Positions 50,905 to 60,700 of a stretch of 64,000 nucleotides of DNA are shown in pieces. The DNA is taken from contig CAWDEM010000004.1 of the NCBI GenBank assembly GCA_963801355.1, forward strand, positions 640,001 to 704,000, written 5' to 3'. Positions within the stretch are counted from its first letter, which is position 1. Every line of letters begins with the position of its first letter. Below the pieces are notes generated by a model, which worked only from the letters and a program-made list of their open reading frames with translations, ran no database searches and had not been told where the DNA came from. The position numbers and the translations under genes were made by a program. Source of the stretch: Ignavibacteriota bacterium (GTDB lineage: Bacteria > Bacteroidota > Ignavibacteria > UBA10030 > UBA6906).

Positions 50905-51192
50905 ATGCCCGCAGCACTGGACGTTCAACAACGCGAGGAGCTTATGGAGCGGACGTGTGTGCATTCGTGCAAAGGTCTGTGCAATGCGCTGGACGTGATG
51001 GAACGCCGGGAGCAGGAAGCCATCGCGTTGTACCGTCAGTACGCCGCGGAGTGTGACTACCCCGACGTGAAGGAATTGCTTGATGCGTTGATCGCCGATC
51101 GCGAGCGGGGATTGCACCTGCTGCGGGAGAAACGGGAGACCCTGACCGCGAAATTCGCGGTCACCGACCGGATCAATGACAGCTTCGCCTGA
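50905..51192 (+). CDS. Small ferritin-like/rubrerythrin-half helical protein
   Basis: E.EAIALY...DVKELLDALIAD pattern; fills the gap in the operon. Confidence 0.55.
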   Translation: MPAALDVQQREELMERTCVHSCKGLCNALDVMERREQEAIALYRQYAAECDYPDVKELLDALIADRERGLHLLREKRETLTAKFAVTDRINDSFA

Positions 51193-51225
51193 CCAACTTC
51201 AAGGACAAGGAGTGCCGGAACCCCT

Positions 51226-52347
51226 ATGAGCAAATACACAATTGCCTGGCTGCCCGGGGATGGAATCGGAAAAGACGTGATGGACGCCACGCGCCTGGTC
51301 CTCGACCGGATCAAGCTCGACGCGGAATATGTGCACGGGGATATTGGCTGGGAATTCTGGTGCAAGGAGGGGGACGCCCTTCCCCAGCGGACAATCGATC
51401 TCTTGCGGCGCGTCAACGCCGCGATGTTTGGTGCCATCACCTCGAAACCCGTCAAGGCTGCCGAAGCGGAACTGATTCCCGAGCTGAAGGGGAAGGGGTT
51501 GGTGTACCGCTCGCCCATTGTGCGGATGCGGCAGATGTTCGACCTGTATATCTGTCTCCGCCCGTGCAAAGCCTATCCGGCCAACCCTCTGAACTTCAAA
51601 GACGGCATTGACCTGGTGGTGTTCAGAGAGAACACGGAAGACCTCTATGCCGGCGTTGAGTTCTTTCCGGTGCCCAAGGAGCTTTCGGATATGCTGTCGA
51701 AGCTTTCGAAGCCGTTCACTGCCTTCCGCGATTTGCAGGGCGATCAGTTCGCCATCTCCTGCAAGGTCAACACCAAGCGGGGATCGGAACGGATTGTCCG
51801 GGCGGCATTTGAATTCGCCAGGAAACACAACCGGCGGAAAGTGACGATCGTACACAAAGCAAATGTGGTGCGTGCAACTGACGGCCTTTTTCTCGAGGAG
51901 GCCCGGCATGTGGCGCGTGAGTATCCCGGGATACAGTTCGATGAAGCCAACGTAGATGCAATCTGCATGTGGCTGATGAAGAACCCCTTCAGCTACGACG
52001 TTCTTGTGGCCCCGAACCTCTACGGCGATATTATCTCCGACCTTGCCGCCCAGATGGTGGGCGGGCTCGGCTTCGGATGCTCCGGGAATATCGGACACCG
52101 GCTCGCCGTGTTCGAACCCTCTCACGGTTCGGCACCAAAATATGCAGGCCAGAACAAGGTGAACCCGATTGCGACAATTCTCGCCGCAAAAATGATGCTC
52201 GACTGGCTCGGTGAGACGGAAAAAGGCGCGCAGATCGAAAAGGCGACGGCTGCGGTGATCAGAGAAGGGAAGATCCGCACCTACGATATGGGAGGATCGC
52301 ACTCGACGACGGATATTGCCGAAGCGATAGCCGCACATCTATGCTGA
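51226..52347 (+). CDS. Beta-decarboxylating dehydrogenase (isocitrate/isopropylmalate/homoisocitrate family)
   Basis: PGDGIG, RENTEDLY, VHKANV, NLYGDIISD, FEPSHGSAP. Confidence 0.92.
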   Translation: MSKYTIAWLPGDGIGKDVMDATRLVLDRIKLDAEYVHGDIGWEFWCKEGDALPQRTIDLLRRVNAAMFGAITSKPVKAAEAELIPELKGKGLVYRSPIVRMRQMFDLYICLRPCKAYPANPLNFKDGIDLVVFRENTEDLYAGVEFFPVPKELSDMLSKLSKPFTAFRDLQGDQFAISCKVNTKRGSERIVRAAFEFARKHNRRKVTIVHKANVVRATDGLFLEEARHVAREYPGIQFDEANVDAICMWLMKNPFSYDVLVAPNLYGDIISDLAAQMVGGLGFGCSGNIGHRLAVFEPSHGSAPKYAGQNKVNPIATILAAKMMLDWLGETEKGAQIEKATAAVIREGKIRTYDMGGSHSTTDIAEAIAAHLC

Positions 52348-53252
52348 CACCACACATCGTCCTGCATGAAGTCGGTCTGCGGGATGGACTGCAGATGGAA
52401 ACTGCATCCGTCCCGACCGCGCAAAAACTCCAATGGGTCCGTGCTCTCGCCGCGGCCGGGATGGACGTCATCCAGGTCGGATCGTTCGTGCATCCTGTCA
52501 AGGTGCCGCAAATGGCGGACACCGATCAGGTGTTCCGTGAGCTTACAGCGCCGGGGGCGAGGCCGCCGGGGGTCGTGCTTTCGGGTCTTGTGCTGAACGA
52601 GAAGGGGCTCGAGCGCGGCATGGCATGTGGCGTGGACATGTTCTGCATGGGAGTTTCTGCAAGTGAGACACACAGCCGCAAGAATACCGGCATGCCGACG
52701 GCCGAAGCCACCGATCGAATCATCGGCATGGCCGTGTCAGCATTGAAAGCCGGAAAGGCCATCCAGGTTTCCGTGCAGTCCGCTTTCGGCTGTGGGTATG
52801 AAGGCGCAGTTCCTCCGGCCCGCGCAGTCGCGATTGTGCGGCGGTACCTCGAGGCCGGCCTGACAAGCATCAGTCTTGCAGATACGGCCGGCCATGCTAC
52901 ACCCGCGATGGTGGAGAATTTGTTCGAGGCCATCCGGGCCATGGACGACACGATCGAGTTGGCCTGTCATTTTCACAACACGTACGGCATGGCGATCGCC
53001 AACTGCTCTGCGGCGCTCCGGGTGGGTGTCCAGTCGGTTGAATCTTCGATTGCCGGCCTGGGTGGATGCCCGTATACGAAAATTGCGGGCGGCAATGTCT
53101 GCACAGAGGACTTCGTGCACATGCTCCAGCGGATGAACCTCCGGAAAGACGTCAATCTCGACGGCCTGATAGCTGTAGCCCGTGAGGTTGCTGCTTTCTT
53201 CAATCGGGATATGCCCGGTATGGTATACAAAACAGGCCCCATTCCTCAGTAG
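52341..53252 (+). CDS. HMG-CoA-lyase family (DRE-TIM) acyl-CoA lyase
   Basis: EVGLRDGLQ, LADTAG, HFHNTYG, GLGGCPY, GNVCTED. Confidence 0.9.
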   Translation: MLTPHIVLHEVGLRDGLQMETASVPTAQKLQWVRALAAAGMDVIQVGSFVHPVKVPQMADTDQVFRELTAPGARPPGVVLSGLVLNEKGLERGMACGVDMFCMGVSASETHSRKNTGMPTAEATDRIIGMAVSALKAGKAIQVSVQSAFGCGYEGAVPPARAVAIVRRYLEAGLTSISLADTAGHATPAMVENLFEAIRAMDDTIELACHFHNTYGMAIANCSAALRVGVQSVESSIAGLGGCPYTKIAGGNVCTEDFVHMLQRMNLRKDVNLDGLIAVAREVAAFFNRDMPGMVYKTGPIPQ

Positions 53253-53271
53253 CCTCAAGCGCGACACGGAC

Positions 53272-54480
53272 ATGACATCATCTGCAGCATCGCTTCTTTC
53301 GGGAATCAGAGTTCTTGACATGACAAACGTGCTTTCGGGCCCGTTTGCCACGTTGCACCTCGCCCTGCTCGGCGCGGAGGTCATCAAGGTGGAAAATCCG
53401 GCGGACGGTGATCTGGCGCGCAAACTCGGATGTGTTCCGGAATACAACCGGCGGCTCATGGGAACGAGTTTTCTTGCCCAGAATGCCAACAAGAAGTCGC
53501 TCACCCTGAATCTCAAAGCGCCTGAGGGGAAGGAGATTTTCAAGAAGCTGGCCGCGACCGCGGATGTCGTGGTGGAGAATTTCCGTCCGGACGTTATGGG
53601 TCGCCTGGGTCTTTCGTATGAAGTGCTGCGTGCCATCAATCCGAGGCTCATCTACTGCGGTATTTCCGGTTTCGGCCAATCCGGCCCGGACGCTTTGAAG
53701 CCCGCCTACGATCAGATCATCCAGGGGCTGAGCGGGGAGATGGCCATCAATGGCGATGAGCAACTGAGTCCGTTGCGTGCGGGTTTTCCCGTGTGCGACA
53801 CTGTCGGCGGATTGAATGCTGCGTTCGCCATCATGGCGGCTCTCTACTGGCGAGAGCGTTCGGGGGAAGGCCAATGGATTGATGTGGCACTCCTGGATTC
53901 CATCATGCCATTGATGGGCTGGGTGGTGGCGAATCTGCTGATCGGCGGCCAGCAACCGGTTCTCATGGGAAATGACAATTTTACCGCCGCTCCCTCCGGG
54001 TCGTTCCGCACCAGGGATGGAAGCATCAATATTGCTGCAAACAAACAGGAGCAGTGGGAAGCCGTCACCGATGTCCTCGGCGTGCCGGAACTCAGGAACG
54101 ACCCGAGGTTCTCCGAGCGTGATACCAGGAAGAAGAACCGGAAGGCACTCACACTGTTGCTGGAGGAAAAACTCCAGGAGCGGGAAACTGGGTACTGGGT
54201 GGAAGTGTTGAACAATCACGATGTGCCGTCGGGCGCCATTCTGAGCCTGGACGCCGCGCTGCACCAGCCGCAGGTGACCCACCGGAACACATTCAGCACG
54301 GTCGATGTTGAAGGAATAGGCTCAATTCCGTTGTTCAATTTGACCGCCAAGTTTGAGAAGACCCCTGGGACTGTCACAGCTCCACCGCCAGCGCTCGGCG
54401 CGCACACCGCGGAAGTGCTCAAAGAACTCGGATATGAAGATGCGCAGATTACAGCATTGAAAGAAAAGCGTGTGGTGTGA
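53272..54480 (+). CDS. Family III CoA-transferase (CaiB/BaiF)
   Basis: L.GIRVLD, GAEVIKVE, NKKSLTLNLK, ENFRP, AYDQIIQ catalytic Asp. Confidence 0.93.
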   Translation: MTSSAASLLSGIRVLDMTNVLSGPFATLHLALLGAEVIKVENPADGDLARKLGCVPEYNRRLMGTSFLAQNANKKSLTLNLKAPEGKEIFKKLAATADVVVENFRPDVMGRLGLSYEVLRAINPRLIYCGISGFGQSGPDALKPAYDQIIQGLSGEMAINGDEQLSPLRAGFPVCDTVGGLNAAFAIMAALYWRERSGEGQWIDVALLDSIMPLMGWVVANLLIGGQQPVLMGNDNFTAAPSGSFRTRDGSINIAANKQEQWEAVTDVLGVPELRNDPRFSERDTRKKNRKALTLLLEEKLQERETGYWVEVLNNHDVPSGAILSLDAALHQPQVTHRNTFSTVDVEGIGSIPLFNLTAKFEKTPGTVTAPPPALGAHTAEVLKELGYEDAQITALKEKRVV

Positions 54481-54503
54481 ACCCGGAACAGGAAAGGCAT
54501 CTC

Positions 54504-55793
54504 ATGGGAATGACAGTCGTCGAAAAGATTCTTGCGCGTGCAAGCGGACAGGCTGTTGTGAAGGCAGGCGACGTGCTCGAACCGAAGGTGGATCTGGCGA
54601 TGTCGCACGAAAATGCCGCGCTGGTGGTGAATCAGTTCCTGGAAATTTTCAAGGATACCGGCCGTGAGGCACGTGTCTGGGATCCGTCTCGAGTGGCGAT
54701 CATCTTTGATCACCGGGTTCCCGCGGAATCACCGAAGACGGCCACCAACCAGAAGAAGGTCCGTGAATTTGTAGCGCGCCACATGATCAGCAAGTTCCAT
54801 GACATCCGCGGTGATCTCGGCGGTATTTGTCACCAGATTCTCCCCGAAAGCGGTTATGTCCGTCCCGGCGCGGTGGTGGTAGGTACCGATTCCCACACCA
54901 CGAGCCATGGCGCTCTTGGCGCGTTCTCGTTCGGCATCGGTGCGACGGAGATGGCCAGTGTCTGGACGCTGGGGTATGCGGTGAACGTTGAAGTGCCGGC
55001 GACTATCAAGGTGGTGATTCACGGCAGATTTCCGCGGATGGTAGGACCGAAGGATCTGATCCTTCATCTGATCGGGAAACTGACCTCCCAGGGGGCGAAC
55101 TTCCGTGTCATTGAGTTCCACGGCGAGACTATCCGGGCAATGCCCACATCCGGCAGACTGGTGATCTGCAATATGTCTGTCGAGGCAGGGGCCACGTCGG
55201 GCATCGTGCCGGCCGATGAAGAGACGGTGCAGTATCTCCGGGAGGAATCGGGAGTGACCGATCCCCTTGACCTTGTGCAACCTGATGAGGACGCGGTCTA
55301 CGCGCAGACCCTTACGATTGATGTCTCGAAGCTCGAGCCGCAAGTTGCCTGTCCGCATTCCGTGGACAATGTGAAGCCCCTCGGTGCCGTGGTGGGGACA
55401 AGGGTAGATCAGGTGGTGATTGGTTCATGTACGAACGGCAGGCTCGACGACATCGAGGTTGCGGCGTCGCTTTTGCGGGGGAAGAAGGTTGCCCGGAACA
55501 CCCGTATGCTGGTTTTTCCGGCGTCGGGCCGGATTTATCAGCGGGCGCTCGAACGCGGTTATATCGCCGATATCATGCGCGCAGGTGCAGTGGTGATGAA
55601 CCCGGGCTGCGGTCCCTGCCTGGGCGTGCATGAGGGTGCGCTGGGAGACGGTGAGGTTGCGCTGTCGACCACGAACCGGAATTTTAAAGGCCGGATGGGA
55701 AATCCCACGGCGGACGTGTATCTTTGTTCGCCCGCTGTCGCCGCTGCTTCAGCCGTGGCGGGAATGATCGCCGATCCGAGAAAAGGAGTGTAA
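54504..55793 (+). CDS. Isopropylmalate/homoaconitate-type hydratase, large subunit
   Basis: FDHRVP, GICHQ, DSHT, IGSCTNGR, CGPCLG, STTNRNF.GRMG. Confidence 0.92.
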   Translation: MGMTVVEKILARASGQAVVKAGDVLEPKVDLAMSHENAALVVNQFLEIFKDTGREARVWDPSRVAIIFDHRVPAESPKTATNQKKVREFVARHMISKFHDIRGDLGGICHQILPESGYVRPGAVVVGTDSHTTSHGALGAFSFGIGATEMASVWTLGYAVNVEVPATIKVVIHGRFPRMVGPKDLILHLIGKLTSQGANFRVIEFHGETIRAMPTSGRLVICNMSVEAGATSGIVPADEETVQYLREESGVTDPLDLVQPDEDAVYAQTLTIDVSKLEPQVACPHSVDNVKPLGAVVGTRVDQVVIGSCTNGRLDDIEVAASLLRGKKVARNTRMLVFPASGRIYQRALERGYIADIMRAGAVVMNPGCGPCLGVHEGALGDGEVALSTTNRNFKGRMGNPTADVYLCSPAVAAASAVAGMIADPRKGV

Positions 55794-55798
55794 ACACC

Positions 55799-56296
55799 AT
55801 GGCACAAGTGGTCTATGTCGTCGGCGATGACATTTCAACGGATGTCATTTATCCGGGCCGGTACATGGCAACGGTGCTTCCGACGGAAACACCGCAGTTC
55901 GCGTTTGTTGACGATGCGGAGTTCAATGGCAGACTCAGGAACAGACAGATTCCCGCCGGCAGTATCATTGTTGCGGGAAGTAACTTCGGCTGCGGTTCCT
56001 CCCGCGAACAGGCTGTGTCCACGCTCAAGGGGCATGAGTTGATCATCGTCGCACGCAGTGTCGCGCGGATATTCATGCAGAACGCCATCAACCTGGGATT
56101 GCGTCTCGTTGTCTCACCAGGGATCACCGCGGCTGCAGGAGATGACCTGGTCATCGAGAGCAATCGCGTGGTGAACACAACCAGCGGAGCGGCCTTCCCG
56201 CTCGAGCCACTGCCGCGTGCGCGTCAGGTCATCGTCGACTCGGGAGGCCTGATTGCCTATACGAGAAAACGGATGCTCGAGCGTCCGGCTCTCTGA
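55799..56296 (+). CDS. Isopropylmalate/homoaconitate-type hydratase, small subunit
   Basis: DDISTDVIYPGRY, NFGCGSSREQA, ARIF..NAIN.G. Confidence 0.9.
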   Translation: MAQVVYVVGDDISTDVIYPGRYMATVLPTETPQFAFVDDAEFNGRLRNRQIPAGSIIVAGSNFGCGSSREQAVSTLKGHELIIVARSVARIFMQNAINLGLRLVVSPGITAAAGDDLVIESNRVVNTTSGAAFPLEPLPRARQVIVDSGGLIAYTRKRMLERPAL

Positions 56297-56342
56297 TCGC
56301 CCGGATGTTCAGCCTGGCGGTGGATGACGGAAAGAGGAGCTG

Positions 56343-57734
56343 ATGGAAGGCGCGATTGCGAATATCGATGTCAGCCTGTTAAAGAAGTACGACAGACCCG
56401 GCCCACGCTACACCAGCTATCCGACCGCTCCGCTGTTCAGCCCTGCATTCACGGCGGACGATTTTCGCCGGGAAATTGCAGCGACGAACACCCCGGACGC
56501 CTCTCCGGATCTTTCACTCTACTTTCATTTTCCCTTCTGCGATACGCTCTGCTATTTTTGCGGATGCACGATGCTCGTGACGCGGGACCGCAAACGCATT
56601 GAGGAATACAACCGTTATCTGCAGAAGGAAATGGCTCTTGTCGCGCCGCTGATCGCTCCGCACAGGCGGGCCACACAGCTGCACTGGGGCGGCGGCACTC
56701 CGTCGCATCTCTCGCCCGACCAGATCGTCTCCATCGCGGGCGCAATCCGGTCCGCATTTGCGATCGCCGCGGACGCCGAGACAAGTGTGGAAATCGATCC
56801 GCGGGAACTCTCCCTCCCGCACCTGGAAGCACTCCGGGAGGCAGGTTTCAACCGCATGAGCATGGGGATTCAGGATTTCGATCCTCACGTGCAGGCGGCG
56901 GTGAACCGTGTGCAACCACCGGAGACTTCCCGGCAGGTCTATACCTGGGCGCGTGAGCTCGGCTTCACGAGCATCAACCTCGATCTGATGTACGGACTGC
57001 CATTCCAGACGCTGGCATCGTTTGAGCGGACGGTTCGCGACATCATTGCCTACGGCGCCGACCGGATTGCCGTGTTCAACTACGCCCATGTCCCCTGGCT
57101 GAAACCCCATCAGAAACTCATTCGTCCCGAAGACCTCCCGTCACCGGAACTGAAACTCGATATGCTCAAAATGACCATCGAGAAGCTGACGCAGAACGGG
57201 TACGAGTACATCGGCATGGACCATTTTGCCAAGCCTGACGACGAACTTTCCCGCGCGCGGGCGGCCCGGACACTTTACAGGAATTTTCAGGGTTACTCGA
57301 CTCGGGCGGGGGCCGATCTGTACGGTTTCGGGATGTCGTCCATCAGCCATTTCCGGAATATCTATGCACAGAACGCCAAGAATCTCCCGGAGTATTACCG
57401 GGCACTCGATGCCAGACATCATGCAACGCACCTCGGCTATCGCATGACCGGCGACGATCACCTCAGGAAGTTCGTGATCATGCGCTTGATGTGTGACCTC
57501 GAGCTGGACTTTGCGACGGTCGAACGGAAATTCTCTATTGATTTCCCTGCGGTGTTTGCCACTGCGCTCGAAGGGCTCAAGCCCCTCGCGTCGGATGGCC
57601 TGGTGGAGCTTACCGATTCGGGTGTCCGGGTCGTCGGTCCCGGCCGCCTGCTACTGCGTAATATTGCGATGTGCTTCGATGCGTATCTGGAACGAATGAC
57701 GCGCGAGAAGCCGATCTTCTCACGAACAGTGTGA
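56343..57734 (+). CDS. hemN: Oxygen-independent coproporphyrinogen III oxidase
   Basis: GPRYTSYPTA, CDTLCYFC radical-SAM motif, GGGTP, IGMDHF, RNFQGY. Confidence 0.95.
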   Translation: MEGAIANIDVSLLKKYDRPGPRYTSYPTAPLFSPAFTADDFRREIAATNTPDASPDLSLYFHFPFCDTLCYFCGCTMLVTRDRKRIEEYNRYLQKEMALVAPLIAPHRRATQLHWGGGTPSHLSPDQIVSIAGAIRSAFAIAADAETSVEIDPRELSLPHLEALREAGFNRMSMGIQDFDPHVQAAVNRVQPPETSRQVYTWARELGFTSINLDLMYGLPFQTLASFERTVRDIIAYGADRIAVFNYAHVPWLKPHQKLIRPEDLPSPELKLDMLKMTIEKLTQNGYEYIGMDHFAKPDDELSRARAARTLYRNFQGYSTRAGADLYGFGMSSISHFRNIYAQNAKNLPEYYRALDARHHATHLGYRMTGDDHLRKFVIMRLMCDLELDFATVERKFSIDFPAVFATALEGLKPLASDGLVELTDSGVRVVGPGRLLLRNIAMCFDAYLERMTREKPIFSRTV

Positions 57735-57777
57735 GGTCATTCTTCAGAGCCGCAAATCACGCAAGGAGACACTTTCC

Positions 57778-60700
57778 ATGACCGCCAGAGTCGTTTCTCT
57801 TGCATTCCTTCTCTTCCTCATCAGTGCCTGCCCCATATCCTCTCCGTCCCAGATCAACCGTATATACGAGGGTTGGCGATGGGTGCGGTTCGGAACAGAA
57901 TCCGGACTGCCGTCAGAGCGGATTCTCAAGGTGCTGGAAACGCCCCGGGGTGAAGTGTGGGCGCAGACGTCCCACGGATTGGCCTGGTTCGATGAATTCC
58001 GGTGGAATCATGTGCCCATTGCCGAAGTCAGTTACAGCGTACAGGCAAAGTACGGATTTGCCCCTGATTCAATCGGTTTACTCCTTTTTACCTCTAAAAA
58101 GGCTTACCATGTCGATCAGGATACTGTCCATCCGATTGACCTCCGGAGCAATGGCAAAGCTGTGCGTTTGCTTGCCGGGCAATGGTCACAGGGGGTGAGA
58201 ATCTTTGTTGGTGATAGTCTGCTGCTCCGGGAGTCGGGTGGCACGCTGCAACCATTCCCCTCACCGTACGACACGCATCTGAAACCAAACGCGCCCCCGC
58301 GAGTCTTCATGAGCGGGATCACCTTCACGCGCCACTCCATGCTGGTGAATACGCAGGAAGCTCTGTATCGCTACAATGGCCATCAGTGGGACAAGTTGAT
58401 CTCTTCTCCAATATACTACCTGCGAGTAACCCACTTCGAGGAAAACGACGCGGGCTCGGGGGCGGCGGTCCTCGAGACGACAATCGGCAGACCGGATGTC
58501 TACTTCTGGAATCCGGGGGGAGAGTTGCGGCATCGCCCTCAGGAAGGAGGAGACGGGGTCATTTCGTTGGATGTCTCTCCCGACGGGGAGACACTGCTTC
58601 TGCTTGCATCGGGAGAGTTGCGTCTCCACACACGAAGCGGCACACAGACACTTCCTCCGTTTCCGTCTCCCGTGAATTTTCCCCGGTATATCCGGTTCCG
58701 CCCGAATGGCGATCTCTGGGTGTGCACCGAACGCGGCCTGTTTCTCTGCCGGTTGAAATCAAATCGCTGGTCCAGCTGGGCAACCGGAAAGACCATGGCC
58801 GGGAAGATCGTTAGCAGTATAGCCCGATCGCGCGATGGTTCGTTCTGGGTTGGCACGCGGGAGGGGCTCTACGTGCGATCCGCTGACGGCAGCAGCAGGT
58901 TCATTCGATCGATTGGCGGACAGGCATTGAATCGCGTTACGGCAATCACCGAGGACCGTGAGGGGAACATGTGGATCGGAAGCGGGAGCACGTTTCCCGG
59001 GGCGTATCGGTGGGATGGCAAGAAATGGCGCCATTTTGGTCCGGCAGAGGGCCTCGACGCTCCCCGCGTCCATGAGATTGTACTCACCAGAAGCGGCAAA
59101 CTCTGGTTCATGGGGATGGCAGCCGGACAGATATACAGAATTCCTCCGGCGGAGCCGGGGGTGTTTTGTTACGAAGGCGGCACGTTTTCGCATATCGGCC
59201 CGGCCGACGGACTTCTCGACGGCCGTGCATACGCGATGGTGGAGGATCGGGACAGCGCACTCTGGTTTGGCACTCTCACGGGACTCAGCAGGTTGTTTCA
59301 CGGTACGTGGCAATATTGGAGGTGCGGTCAGGAGTTCTCAAATCATGCGGTATTCACACTCGCGGTAGATTCCACGAATCGTCTCTGGTTTGGTCGAAGG
59401 TGGGAAGGATTGGGATATATCGACAGCACGGGGACAGCGCGCTCATATACGGTCGAGGATGGATTGGTCAGCAACCAGGTCTGGGATCTTCAGGTGGATC
59501 CGGACGGGCGCCTCTGGATAGGAACGATGGAGGGCATAGGAAGCTACGATGGCACGACATGGATGAATTTTGAAGCAAGCGCAGGGCTCACAAATAGCGA
59601 GATCTGGTCCATCCTCTACGCGGACCGGCGTATCTACGCGGGTTCTCAGGGGGGAGGCGTCAGCATTCTCGACCTGGACCAAATCGATGCCATTCCGCCC
59701 AGGCTCACACTGGAAACGCCGCTCGTCGACGAGGGGCGCGCTACGCTGTCATGGACCGTCAACGCGTACTGGGGGGATGTCGCTCCGGCGGAGATACGGA
59801 CGCGCCATCGTCTCGGGGACTCGCCCTGGTCCGCCTGGAATCCGGAGCGCACGGTCTCCTTTAGCCTTCTCAGACCGGGCAATTACCGGTTTGATGTCGA
59901 ATTGCATCCTGCGTCGCGGAAGGGGCCGGCCAAAATCGCCAGTGTCGACTTCTCCATCCCGCCTCCGCTCTACCTCCGTCCGTCAGTTGCTGTTCCGCTG
60001 GTGCTCCTGGGGATACTTGTGCTGGCCCTGGCTGCAGCCATCTGGGAACGCAAACGCCGGTTTGACCGGGCTGTACGAGAGAGCGAGGCCCGTTTTCGTG
60101 CACAATATAGAAGCAATCCCATCCCGACCTTTACCTGGAAACACAGCGGGAAGGAACTCTACCTTGTGGACGTCAATGACGCGGCACTGGCGCTGTCCCT
60201 CGGCAGCGTGGCAGCATGGGTGGGCAGATCCCTTCGAGAGATTATAAAGGATATGCCGGAGTCCATTGCACAGATCGAGCAGTGTTATGCGTCACAATCA
60301 GTGGTCCGCGAGGAAAGGCAGTACCGTTCTCTTACGGAGGCACGAACGGCGGATCTCATTGTGATTCACTCGTACGTGCCCCCGGACATGGTGTTGACCC
60401 ACGTTGAAGATGTCACCGAGCGAAAGCTTGCGGAGGGCAAGGTCCGTGAATCCCGTGAACAGCTGCGCGCACTCGCCGCCCGGCTGGAATCGGTGCGGGA
60501 AGAGGAACGAACCCAGTTGTCACGGGAGATTCACGACGAACTGGGCCAATTGATGACCGGGCTGAAGATGGATCTCTCCTGGCTGCGCAAGCGGGTGCAC
60601 GAGATGGGTGGGCGGGTCGCCGATGGCATAGAGGGTCGCATCCAGCAGATGAACGGGATGCTGGATGATTCTATCCATACGGTGAGGAAGATTGCCGGCC

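Noticed and set aside
51226-56296. Plain leuBCD leucine biosynthesis operon
   Set aside because: There is no leuA or ilv gene, the dehydrogenase lacks the IPMDH substrate motif, and a lyase and CoA-transferase are interleaved, so gene symbols were withheld.
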